IMG/VR virus record: IMGVR_UViG_3300025653_000075
Coordinates: 1 to 41,854 of that record
Length of the DNA stretch: 41,854 nt
Source of the DNA: a virus
Lineage: Duplodnaviria > Caudoviricetes
Reading direction: 5' to 3' (one strand)
The notes below the pieces were generated by a model. The model saw only the letters and a program-made list of their open reading frames with translations, was not told where the DNA came from and did not search any database. Positions 15,038-23,922 of this stretch are shown here, piece by piece. The stretch's first letter is position 1. Every line of letters begins with the position of its first letter. The position numbers and the translations under genes were made by a program.

Positions 15038-15085
15038 GTATTTATGGGGTAATGGAGGGAGACTGAAGTTACCTCCTCCTTTTCA

Positions 15086-15256
15086 ATGAAACATTACCAA
15101 TTAGATTTAATTAGCAGACAGCTAAATGAAAAAGCTGTGCTGTGGAACGATACTAAAGACCCACAACACAAAGCTGACTGGAATATTTTACTAAAAAAAT
15201 TTAACCAAGTTTACACACAACTAAACCCACCAGAAATATTTACAGATTTACAATGA
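15086..15256 (+). CDS. hypothetical protein (56 aa, MKHYQLDLISRQLNEKAVLWN...)
   Basis: Translated by hand; ATGA overlap with the primase start. Confidence 0.6.
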   Translation: MKHYQLDLISRQLNEKAVLWNDTKDPQHKADWNILLKKFNQVYTQLNPPEIFTDLQ

Positions 15257-16848
15257 CCGAAAGCGAATTTTTATATCACACATCTTGCGATAATTGCAGT
15301 TCGTCAGACGCAAATTCCGTTTATTCAGACGGACATGCTTACTGCTTTTCTTGCAATACAACAACACAAGGACAATCAACAATGGAGTTAACACCAATTA
15401 CAAAACAAGAAAGTAATTTTATTAAAGGCGAACACTTGCCTCTCAATAAAAGAAAAATTAATTTAGACACAGTACAAAAATATAACTATCAAGTAGGTGC
15501 ATGGTTTGCACGTCCTTGTCATATTGCTAATTATTATAATGATAGCAAAGAATTAGTTGCACAAAAATTAAGATACCCTTCCAAAGATTTTCAATGGTTA
15601 GGCAATCCAAAAGAAGCAGGATTGTTTGGACAAGAAACTTGTAAAGGACGTGGAAAATATTTGACAGTCTGCGAAGGAGAAATTGATGCTCTTACAATGT
15701 CGCAAAGCATGGATAACAACAAATGGGACGTTGTATCTATTAAAACAGGGGCGGCAGGTGCAAAAAAAGATATTCAAAAGTCACTAGAATTCTTGGAGGG
15801 TTATGAGAATGTAATCTTTATGTTCGACCAAGACGAACATGGGCAAAAGGCGGCGTTAGAATGTGCAAAACTTTTAACTCCTAATAAAGCCAAGATTGCT
15901 TCTCTACCACTTAAAGACCCTAATGAAATGTTACTTGCAGGTAAGCAAGATAAATTAGTTAAAGCTATGTGGGACGCAAAACCATATAGACCTGATGGTA
16001 TTGTTTTAGGTTCAGAAATCTTTGAAGAGATAATGAAAGAAGATAAGTATGTCACTGCACAATACCCTTTTAAATCTCTTAATGATAAGACACATGGATT
16101 AAGAAAAGGTGAACTAACAACTATCACAGCAGGTACAGGCGTAGGTAAAAGTTCTTTCTGTCGTCATGTAGCATTAGATTTATTAAAACAAGATTTTGGT
16201 GTTGGTTACATTGCATTAGAAGAAAGCATTAAAAGAAGTGCATTAGGTATTATGGGTGTTCACCTAAAGAAACCTTTGCATTTAACTAGAGAGGGAATAA
16301 GTGAAACACAATTACAAGAAACTTTTAAATCTACTATTGGTAATGGCAATTTTTATTTATATAACCATTTTGGCAACACAGTCGCCGATAGCCTTCTCAA
16401 TAAAATAAGATACCTAGCTAAATCTTGTGAAGTAGACTTTGTAGTATTAGACCATTTACACATGGCTTTGTCTGCACTTGGAGACGAACACACAAATGAT
16501 GAACGAAAACTTATTGATTACTTTGTAAGTAAATTAAGAACACTTGTAGAAGAAACAGGTATAGGAGTTATTCTTATATCTCACCTTCGTAGGTCAGAGG
16601 GAGACAAAGGTTTTGAAGATGGCAAAGAAGTTACTATGAATAGTCTTCGTGGGTCAGCTTCAATAGGTCAGTTATCAGATTTAATTATTTCCATAAGTAG
16701 GGACATCAAGTCAGATAAAAAATTAGCTAATCTAACAATCCTCAAGAATAGATTTTCAGGAGAAACAGGCAAAGCCTGTACGTTGCTATATGATTTAGAC
16801 ACTGGTTGTCTGTCAGAAACAACACCTGACGTATTAGATGACTACTAA
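15253..16848 (+). CDS. DNA primase-helicase (gp4-like)
   Basis: CDNC...CFSC zinc finger, EGEIDA and FDQD TOPRIM, AGTGVGKS Walker A, LDHL, LRGSASIGQLSD, KNRFSGETG. Confidence 0.97.
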   Translation: MTESEFLYHTSCDNCSSSDANSVYSDGHAYCFSCNTTTQGQSTMELTPITKQESNFIKGEHLPLNKRKINLDTVQKYNYQVGAWFARPCHIANYYNDSKELVAQKLRYPSKDFQWLGNPKEAGLFGQETCKGRGKYLTVCEGEIDALTMSQSMDNNKWDVVSIKTGAAGAKKDIQKSLEFLEGYENVIFMFDQDEHGQKAALECAKLLTPNKAKIASLPLKDPNEMLLAGKQDKLVKAMWDAKPYRPDGIVLGSEIFEEIMKEDKYVTAQYPFKSLNDKTHGLRKGELTTITAGTGVGKSSFCRHVALDLLKQDFGVGYIALEESIKRSALGIMGVHLKKPLHLTREGISETQLQETFKSTIGNGNFYLYNHFGNTVADSLLNKIRYLAKSCEVDFVVLDHLHMALSALGDEHTNDERKLIDYFVSKLRTLVEETGIGVILISHLRRSEGDKGFEDGKEVTMNSLRGSASIGQLSDLIISISRDIKSDKKLANLTILKNRFSGETGKACTLLYDLDTGCLSETTPDVLDDY

Positions 16849-17062
16849 AAGAGTTACAGCAAAGCAAAAGAAAGATGCTTTGTTTTGGTCTGGTCTAGTA
16901 GCAGATGCACTAGCAAAAGTAAAATCAACACACAAACCACAAGTAATAAAAATAGGAAGTATTAAAACTGCTTTCATGTTGCAAGATACCTTAACTTCTA
17001 TGGCGTTAAGTGGAGAAGAAGCGGCTTGGAAAGTTGAAGTCTTATTAGAAACACTACATTAA
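16838..17062 (+). CDS. hypothetical protein
   Basis: ORF track; overlaps the primase stop. Confidence 0.7.
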   Translation: MTTKRVTAKQKKDALFWSGLVADALAKVKSTHKPQVIKIGSIKTAFMLQDTLTSMALSGEEAAWKVEVLLETLH

Positions 17063-17064
17063 TT

Positions 17065-17346
17065 ATGAAACTACCAATAATAAATAAAAAAATATTAAAC
17101 GCACCATTTGTGCATTGCTATTGGAAAGATATTAATAGCTCTGCAATTTGGACTTCATTAAAAGAAGCTAAGTCAAGCAAAGTTACAATCTGTATTACAG
17201 CAGGTTGGCTTTTAAGAGCAGACAAAGATGTTCATGTAATTGCAGGTGATGTTAATTTTAATGATGATGGTACATTAGGTGACGTAGGTAACGTAACCAC
17301 CATGCCTTCAGTAAACGTATTAAAGATTAAGAAGGTAAAACTTTGA
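17065..17346 (+). CDS. hypothetical protein (WxD...GWL family)
   Basis: ORF track; tight packing. Confidence 0.75.
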   Translation: MKLPIINKKILNAPFVHCYWKDINSSAIWTSLKEAKSSKVTICITAGWLLRADKDVHVIAGDVNFNDDGTLGDVGNVTTMPSVNVLKIKKVKL

Positions 17347-19040
17347 GATACGTCTTTGATATAGAAACAAATGGATTTTTACATCTATGCGATAAGGTAC
17401 ATTGCATTGTACTTAAAAACATAGACACAGGAGAGATACTTACACCTAGCAATGAAGACGCTATTAAACTTTTAGAAGAAGCAGAGCTTATCGTAGGTCA
17501 CAATATTATTAAGTTTGATATTCCTGTATTAGAACGATTACATTCCGCTACATTTAGGGGCAAAATTTTCGACACGTTAGTAGGTACAAGATTAGTATTT
17601 GCAGACATTAAAGAAAGCGACTTTTCAAAAAAAGATTTTCCAAAAGATTGTATAGGTAAACACTCATTAAAAGCATGGGGCAATAGAATAGGTGAATACA
17701 AAGAACAGATAGAAACTGATTGGCAAACATTCACACCTGAAATGCTTGAGTATTGTAAGCAAGATACAGAAGTTACTTACAAACTATACAAAGTTTTAGA
17801 AGAAAAAGGTTACTCCCAAGAGGCTATGGATTTAGAACATGAAGTAGCCTCACTAATATTTAAACAAGAACAACATGGCTTTACGTTTGATAGAGAAAAA
17901 GCAGAAGCCTTATCTGTTAAATTAAAAGCAAGACAAGCAGAGTTAGCTGAAGAATTACAAGGTGTGTTTGAGCCTATCGTAACTGAAAGATGGTCTACAA
18001 AAACAGGTAAGAGATTAAAAGACCAAGTTACTGTATTTAATCCATCAAGCAGACACCATGTAGCACAAAGATTAAAAGATAAGTATGGTTGGGAAGCTAA
18101 AGAATTTACCAGTGATGGTAAAGCTAAATTAGATGACAGTATATTATCTAAACTTCCATACCCTGAAGCTAAAATATTATGTGAAACTTTTTTATTAACA
18201 AAAAGAATTGCACAAATAGCTACAGGTTCACAGGCATGGTTAAAGCATGAACGTAATGGTAAAATTCATGGCACTTGTAATACTAATTCTTGTGTAACAT
18301 CAAGAGCATCACATTCGTTTCCAAATTTAGGACAGGTTGTTAGTACGTCTGCACCTTATGGTAAAGAGTGTAGAGAATTATTTACAGTACCAGAAGGTAA
18401 ACGATTAGTGGGTATAGACGTAAGCTCTTTAGAAGTGATGATGCTTTGCCACTTTATGTCAAAGTTTGATAATGGAGCATACACAAAAGTTGCACTTGAG
18501 GGTGACATACATACAGAGACACAAAAACTAGCAGGGTTAGACAGTAGAGATTTAGCAAAGCGTTTTTACTATTGTTTTTTATATGGCGGTAGTGTCAAAA
18601 AAATTGCTGAAGTAATTAACAAACCATTAAAAGAAGCAGGAAAGATTAAGAAAAGATTTTTAAATAACTTACCTGCATTACATAAACTTATAGAAGGCGT
18701 ACAGTCTGCGGCTGAACGTGGTTATCTAAATGGTTTAGACAAAAGACAAATCAAAGTTCGTAATAGTTACTCTGCACTCAACACATTATTACAAAGTGCA
18801 GGTGCAATCCTATGTAAGAGATGGCTAGTAGAATTTAATAAAGAGATTAAGAAATTTAAGAACGCACAACAAGTTGTATGGGTACATGATGAGATACAAG
18901 TTGAGTGTGAAGAACAAGACGCTGAAGACATTGGTAAGATTGCAGTCGAATGTATTAAACGTGCAGGTGAACACTTCCAATTAAGAGTGCCGCTAACAGG
19001 CGAATATAAAATATCAACTAATTGGAGTGGAACACATTGA
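17343..19040 (+). CDS. polA: family A DNA polymerase (gp5-like)
   Basis: FDIET ExoI, GHNIIKFD ExoII, YCKQD ExoIII, GIDVSSLE motif A, RDLAKRFYYCFLYG motif B, VHDE motif C; TTG start. Confidence 0.96.
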   Translation: MRYVFDIETNGFLHLCDKVHCIVLKNIDTGEILTPSNEDAIKLLEEAELIVGHNIIKFDIPVLERLHSATFRGKIFDTLVGTRLVFADIKESDFSKKDFPKDCIGKHSLKAWGNRIGEYKEQIETDWQTFTPEMLEYCKQDTEVTYKLYKVLEEKGYSQEAMDLEHEVASLIFKQEQHGFTFDREKAEALSVKLKARQAELAEELQGVFEPIVTERWSTKTGKRLKDQVTVFNPSSRHHVAQRLKDKYGWEAKEFTSDGKAKLDDSILSKLPYPEAKILCETFLLTKRIAQIATGSQAWLKHERNGKIHGTCNTNSCVTSRASHSFPNLGQVVSTSAPYGKECRELFTVPEGKRLVGIDVSSLEVMMLCHFMSKFDNGAYTKVALEGDIHTETQKLAGLDSRDLAKRFYYCFLYGGSVKKIAEVINKPLKEAGKIKKRFLNNLPALHKLIEGVQSAAERGYLNGLDKRQIKVRNSYSALNTLLQSAGAILCKRWLVEFNKEIKKFKNAQQVVWVHDEIQVECEEQDAEDIGKIAVECIKRAGEHFQLRVPLTGEYKISTNWSGTH

Positions 19041-19441
19041 AGAATAATAAATTTGATATTGACCTAAAGTATGGTCAAGAAAGAGAACAAAGACTAGCAT
19101 CTATATTAGACAAAGATAAAAATAAAATAGAAGTTAAGACTGAAAGAGACTGGTGGTTTAAAACAGGTAACATTGCAATAGAAGTAGAATGCAATGGTAA
19201 GCCTTCAGGTATCATGGCAACCAAAGCTGATTATTGGGTACACATATTAGCAGAGGGTGACAAAGATTATTGCAGATTAATATTTGATACTAGAACAGTA
19301 AAAAGATTAGCAAAAAAATACATAGGTACACTTAAAAATGGTGGTGATGGTTGGCGTAGTAGGTTTGTCTTAATACCTTTAGCCGAAATATTTTTACCAA
19401 AAAATTTAAGCAAATCTATGCAGGAGAGGATAGTTAAATAA
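19037..19441 (+). CDS. hypothetical protein, possible PD-(D/E)XK nuclease fold
   Basis: IEVKTE...TGNIAIE...PSGI...ADYW motif; TTG start with GGAG RBS preferred over 19022. Confidence 0.65.
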   Translation: MKNNKFDIDLKYGQEREQRLASILDKDKNKIEVKTERDWWFKTGNIAIEVECNGKPSGIMATKADYWVHILAEGDKDYCRLIFDTRTVKRLAKKYIGTLKNGGDGWRSRFVLIPLAEIFLPKNLSKSMQERIVK

Positions 19442-20193
19442 TGTATAAAAAGAAAAAAGTATTAGTAATTGATGGTGACATACTTGCTTACCAGATAGCA
19501 ACTAACAATGAACAACCTATCAACTGGGGTGATGGCTTATGGACATTACACGCAGAGTTACCTACTTGTAATGCACAATTAGATGCAGTGATAGATGATT
19601 TAGGTTCAGGGTTATCAGCAGATGATTATGTGGTAGCACTTACAGATAGGAACAATTTTAGAAAAGATGTTCTTCCTACATACAAAAGCAATCGTAAAGA
19701 AAAACGTAAACCAATAGTTTTAAATGCAATGCGTGAACACATTATGGAAAAACATAATGGTGTCATGTGGGCTAATCTAGAAGCAGATGATGTCATGGGT
19801 ATTATGGCAACTGAACCTAGTGATGAAGAAAGAATATTAGTTAGCGTTGATAAAGACATGCGAACTATACCATGCAATCTTTCACAAGATGGTATGACAG
19901 TAGAACAAATACCAGAGAAGATAGCTAACTATAACTTCATGTTACAGACAATTATGGGTGACAAGGTTGATGGCTATGATGGCATTGATGGTGTAGGCAT
20001 TAAGACAGCAGAGAAGTTACTTCTTAAATATACTAACTGCACATTGCCTGACTTATGGAAGGTAGTCAAAGGTATCTACAAAGAAAAAGGTTACACACAA
20101 AAAGAAGCTCTACAACAAGCTAGGGTCGCACACATTTTAAGACACGGAGAATACAATAAGAAAACAGGGAAGGTAAAACTATGGACAATATAA
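19441..20193 (+). CDS. 5'-3' exonuclease (gp6-like)
   Basis: IDGD, YKSNR, LEADDVMGI, DKD, GDKVDGYDGIDGVG motifs. Confidence 0.93.
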   Translation: MYKKKKVLVIDGDILAYQIATNNEQPINWGDGLWTLHAELPTCNAQLDAVIDDLGSGLSADDYVVALTDRNNFRKDVLPTYKSNRKEKRKPIVLNAMREHIMEKHNGVMWANLEADDVMGIMATEPSDEERILVSVDKDMRTIPCNLSQDGMTVEQIPEKIANYNFMLQTIMGDKVDGYDGIDGVGIKTAEKLLLKYTNCTLPDLWKVVKGIYKEKGYTQKEALQQARVAHILRHGEYNKKTGKVKLWTI

Positions 20194-20405
20194 AAAAACC
20201 AATGCACTACAATCAAGGTGGTATTGAACCTATAGATTACATCACAAAGAATAACCTCTCGTACTGCGAGGGCAATGTTGTGAAGTACATTTCTCGTTGG
20301 AGATTTAAAGGCGGCATACAAGATTTAAAAAAAGCTAAACAATACATAGATTTTATTATTGATAAAGAAGCACAACCCAAAGTAACAGAAACAAAAGATG
20401 ATTGA
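20181..20405 (+). CDS. DUF3310 / T7 gp1.7-like nucleotide kinase domain protein
   Basis: PMHY...IEPIDYI...GNVVKYISR...DLKKAKQY signature. Confidence 0.85.
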   Translation: MDNIKKPMHYNQGGIEPIDYITKNNLSYCEGNVVKYISRWRFKGGIQDLKKAKQYIDFIIDKEAQPKVTETKDD

Positions 20406-22149
20406 TTACGAAAGAGATGAGTTGCTTACTGACTTCGGTAAGACAACTTTAAAAGATAGGTATTTACTACCAGAAGAAACATCACCGCAAGATGGATTTA
20501 TGAGAGCGGCAAAAGCATTTTCAGATAATGATGAGATGGCAGAAAGAATTTATAACTACGCTAGTAAACTTTGGTTTATGTACTCCACACCTATTTTATC
20601 TAATGGTGGTACTAACAGAGGTATGCCTATCTCTTGTTTCTTAAATTATGTTGGTGATAGTAGAGAAGGATTAACAGGACACTACACAGAGAATGCTTGG
20701 TTAGCATCTATTGGTGGTGGTATCGGTGGTTACTGGGGACATGTTAGAAGTGATGGTGTAAGTACATCAGGTGGTTCTGCATCTTCAGGTTCAATACCTT
20801 TTCTTCACGTTGTAGACAGTGAGATACTTGCATTCTCACAAGGTAAAACAAGGCGTGGAAGTTATGCGGCATACATGGATATGTCACACCCAGAGATAAT
20901 AGAATTTTTAGAAATGCGTAAGCCTAGTGGTGGAGACATACATAGAAAATGTCTTAACCTACATCATGCAATAAACATATCTGATGAGTTTATGCAGTTG
21001 ATAGAAAAGTGTATAGCTGAACCTACCTATGATGACAGTTGGAATTTAATTGACCCTCATACAAAGAAAGTAGTACGAACTGTATCAGCTAGAGAGTTGT
21101 GGCAAAAATTATTAGAAACAAGAGTTGCTACTGGTGAGCCTTATGTTTCATTTATAGATACTATCAATGACGCATTGCCTGAAACACAAAAGAAACTAGG
21201 ATTAAAAGTACATCATTCTAATTTATGTACAGAGATTACATTACCTACTAATGAAAACAGAACAGCAGTGTGCTGTTTGTCTTCTGTTAATTTAGAAAAG
21301 TATGAAGAGTGGAAGAATGAACCATTGTTCGTGCCTGATTTAGTTAGGTTCTTAGATAATGCTTTGTCTCATTTTATAGAGAATGCACCAGAGAGTGTGT
21401 TTAGAGCAAAGTTTAGTGCGGCTAGTGAAAGAAGTATTGGGTTAGGAGCTATGGGTTTCCACGCATACTTACAATCTAAAGGTATACCTTTTGAAAGTGC
21501 ATTGGCTAAAGCTATGAACTTAAAGATATTCAAAAAGATTAAACAAGAAGCTGTAGAAGAAAGTCAAAGACTAGCAATTAAGAGAGGTGAAGCACCTGAT
21601 ATGGAAGGTACAGGTATGCGTAATGCACACTTGTTAGCCATAGCACCTAACGCATCATCATCTATTATTTGTGGTACTACATCACCATCAATAGAACCAT
21701 ACAGAGCTAACGCTTATGTACAGAAAACAATGTCAGGTTCTTTTCTAGTTAAGAATAAATATTTAGAACAGTTACTAGAGAAAAAAGGCATGAACACTGA
21801 TGCAGTGTGGCAGTCTATTGTAGCACAAAGAGGTTCAGTATTACATTTAGATGAACTATCTGATTATGAAAAAGATACATTTAAAACATCTATAGAAATT
21901 AATCAGCAATGGGTAATAGAACATGCGGCAGACAGACAACAGTATGTATGTCAAGGTCAGTCAGTAAATGTATTTGTACCTGCTGATGTAAACATTAAAG
22001 AGTTACATGACATACACATGTTAGCTTGGAAAAGAAAAATAAAAACTTTGTACTATTGCAGAAGTGAGGCAATCAAACGTGCAGAGTTAGTATCAAAAAA
22101 AGTAGAAAGAACAATCATACCTGAAGCTGATTGTTTGGCGTGTGAATAA
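20398..22149 (+). CDS. nrdA: ribonucleotide reductase class Ia alpha subunit
   Basis: TPILSN, ISCF, SNLCTEI, AVCCLSS, APNASSS, TLYY, C-terminal CLAC. Confidence 0.96.
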   Translation: MIDYERDELLTDFGKTTLKDRYLLPEETSPQDGFMRAAKAFSDNDEMAERIYNYASKLWFMYSTPILSNGGTNRGMPISCFLNYVGDSREGLTGHYTENAWLASIGGGIGGYWGHVRSDGVSTSGGSASSGSIPFLHVVDSEILAFSQGKTRRGSYAAYMDMSHPEIIEFLEMRKPSGGDIHRKCLNLHHAINISDEFMQLIEKCIAEPTYDDSWNLIDPHTKKVVRTVSARELWQKLLETRVATGEPYVSFIDTINDALPETQKKLGLKVHHSNLCTEITLPTNENRTAVCCLSSVNLEKYEEWKNEPLFVPDLVRFLDNALSHFIENAPESVFRAKFSAASERSIGLGAMGFHAYLQSKGIPFESALAKAMNLKIFKKIKQEAVEESQRLAIKRGEAPDMEGTGMRNAHLLAIAPNASSSIICGTTSPSIEPYRANAYVQKTMSGSFLVKNKYLEQLLEKKGMNTDAVWQSIVAQRGSVLHLDELSDYEKDTFKTSIEINQQWVIEHAADRQQYVCQGQSVNVFVPADVNIKELHDIHMLAWKRKIKTLYYCRSEAIKRAELVSKKVERTIIPEADCLACE

Positions 22150-22301
22150 TGAAATGTTGGCATTGTAATACAGAGTTAATCTGGGGCGGAGACCACGATA
22201 TAGAAGATAATGACACTTATATCATGGTAACTAACTTATCATGTCCAAAATGCAAATCACACGTTGAAGTATATTTACCAAAAGAGGAAGAAGAACAATG
22301 A
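22149..22301 (+). CDS. small zinc-ribbon protein (50 aa, MKCWHC...CPKC)
   Basis: Translated by hand; CxxC...CxxC; TAATG coupling. Confidence 0.75.
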   Translation: MKCWHCNTELIWGGDHDIEDNDTYIMVTNLSCPKCKSHVEVYLPKEEEEQ

Positions 22302-22408
22302 AAAAATATTTAGAAAAATTAAGCATACTATCTTTGTATTACCGAGAAGGATTAGTGGGTGCATGGATAGGATTTTTATTAGGACTAATAGTAGGAACAC
22401 TAATATGA
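22298..22408 (+). CDS. small membrane protein (36 aa)
   Basis: Translated by hand; ATGA overlaps on both sides; one TM helix. Confidence 0.6.
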   Translation: MKKYLEKLSILSLYYREGLVGAWIGFLLGLIVGTLI

Positions 22409-22563
22409 CAGACAGTAGTATTTTTGATGGTTTTGATAAACCACGAAAGAAGCGGCGTAGAAGAAAACAAAAACAATCTGTGTTATGGACTGTGTATCAC
22501 ACAATCTTAGCAGTAGAATTATTAATTATAATTATTATAGAAGGGATTGAATTACTAAGATGA
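22405..22563 (+). CDS. small membrane protein with poly-basic stretch (52 aa)
   Basis: C-terminal part of track ORF 22264..22563 from ATG 22405; ATGA overlaps. Confidence 0.6.
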   Translation: MTDSSIFDGFDKPRKKRRRRKQKQSVLWTVYHTILAVELLIIIIIEGIELLR

Positions 22564-23510
22564 GTTTATTTAAGAAGAGAGCATACTATAAACCATTTGA
22601 TTATGAATGGGCATTTCAATCATACGATATGCAACAAAAAATGCACTGGCTACCAAGTGAAGTACCATTGCATGAAGATGTAAGAGACTGGAATGAAAGA
22701 TTAAGTGCAGAAGAAAAAAATTTAATAGGACAGATATTAAAATTCTTTACACAAGGAGATGTTGATATAGCACAAGCCTATTTAGACAAGTATATCCCAC
22801 AGTTTAAATCACCTGAAATAAGAATGATGTTATCTGCAATAGCTTCTAGTGAAGCAAACCATGCACATAGTTATTCTTTGTTAAATGATACTATTGGATT
22901 ACCTGATAAGGAATACAAAGCGTTTCAAGAGTACAAAGAAATGTCGGATAAACATGAGTATCTATTTACATCTAAAGGTAAAGGACTTGAAGGACTAGCT
23001 AGAGAGATAGCTTGTTTTTCTGCATTTGGTGAAGGCTTACAGTTGTTTGCATCATTTGTTATGCTTCTTAACTTTCAAAGATATGGACGTATGAAGGGTA
23101 TGTGTCAGATAGTAACTTGGTCTATCAGAGATGAAACACACCATGTTGAAAGCATGATTAAATTGTTTCATCAAATCATAAAAGAAAACCCAAATATTTG
23201 GACAGAAAAATTTAAAGCAAGTATCTATCAAACAGCTAGAGATATGGTTGAGCTTGAAGATAAGTTTATTGACTTAGCTTTTTCTATGGGTGGTATAAGA
23301 GGATTAAAAGCTGAAGAAGTAAAAGAGTATATTAGATACATAGCAGATAGAAGACTACTTCAATTATCTTTAAAACCTAATTATGGTGTTAAAGAGAACC
23401 CATTATCGTGGTTAGATTGGGTATTAAATGGCGTAGAACATGCTAATTTCTTTGAGAATAGAGCTACAGAATATAACAAAGGTACTGTCACAGGTAATCT
23501 TTGGGACTAA
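22560..23510 (+). CDS. nrdB: ribonucleotide reductase class Ia beta subunit
   Basis: FFTQGD, EANHAHSY, EGLQLF, RDETHH, NFFE motifs. Confidence 0.96.
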   Translation: MSLFKKRAYYKPFDYEWAFQSYDMQQKMHWLPSEVPLHEDVRDWNERLSAEEKNLIGQILKFFTQGDVDIAQAYLDKYIPQFKSPEIRMMLSAIASSEANHAHSYSLLNDTIGLPDKEYKAFQEYKEMSDKHEYLFTSKGKGLEGLAREIACFSAFGEGLQLFASFVMLLNFQRYGRMKGMCQIVTWSIRDETHHVESMIKLFHQIIKENPNIWTEKFKASIYQTARDMVELEDKFIDLAFSMGGIRGLKAEEVKEYIRYIADRRLLQLSLKPNYGVKENPLSWLDWVLNGVEHANFFENRATEYNKGTVTGNLWD

Positions 23511-23524
23511 CCTTACACTTTTAG
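23508..23524 (+). promoter_or_regulatory. phage RNAP promoter, copy 3 (TAACCTTACACTTTTAG), heads the structural genes
   Basis: 14/17 match to copies 1 and 2; at a module boundary. Confidence 0.7.
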
Positions 23525-23707
23525 ATGAAAAACGTAACGGAAGATTTAGTTCTACCTGAAAATGTTGATGACTTAATTAAGTTGTTAAACAAAGTTTACC
23601 CTGAAAAGTCACCTGATTTGAAAGATGATACTAAAACTATTTATTTTAAAGCAGGTCAAAGGGACGTAGTTAATTTTATTAATACACTTAAAGAGAGGGA
23701 TAAATAA
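23525..23707 (+). CDS. conserved-position hypothetical protein ahead of the portal cluster
   Basis: ORF track; AGQRDVV motif. Confidence 0.75.
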   Translation: MKNVTEDLVLPENVDDLIKLLNKVYPEKSPDLKDDTKTIYFKAGQRDVVNFINTLKERDK

Positions 23708-23708
23708 T

Positions 23709-23918
23709 ATGTGCATGTCACCTAAGATGCCACCTGCTCCTGAACCTGCTCCTGCACCAGTTAACACTTCACAAACTGTGGGTGAACAAACTGCACCAGA
23801 GTTAGTAAAGGCAAATGAACAGGACTTAAACATTAAGAAGAAAAAAGTAAAGAAGTCAGGTACGAGTTCTTTAAATACTTCTTCAGGTTTAAACATAGCT
23901 ACTAACACTACTGTCTAA
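23709..23918 (+). CDS. small virion/tail-assembly protein (MC...PxP type)
   Basis: MCMSPKMP start, Pro-rich, KKSGTSSL; directly before the portal. Confidence 0.7.
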   Translation: MCMSPKMPPAPEPAPAPVNTSQTVGEQTAPELVKANEQDLNIKKKKVKKSGTSSLNTSSGLNIATNTTV

Positions 23919-23922
23919 TTAA

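Noticed and set aside
22264-22404. N-terminal half of track ORF 22264..22563
   Set aside because: Better explained by two coupled small ORFs in other frames plus a start at 22405.
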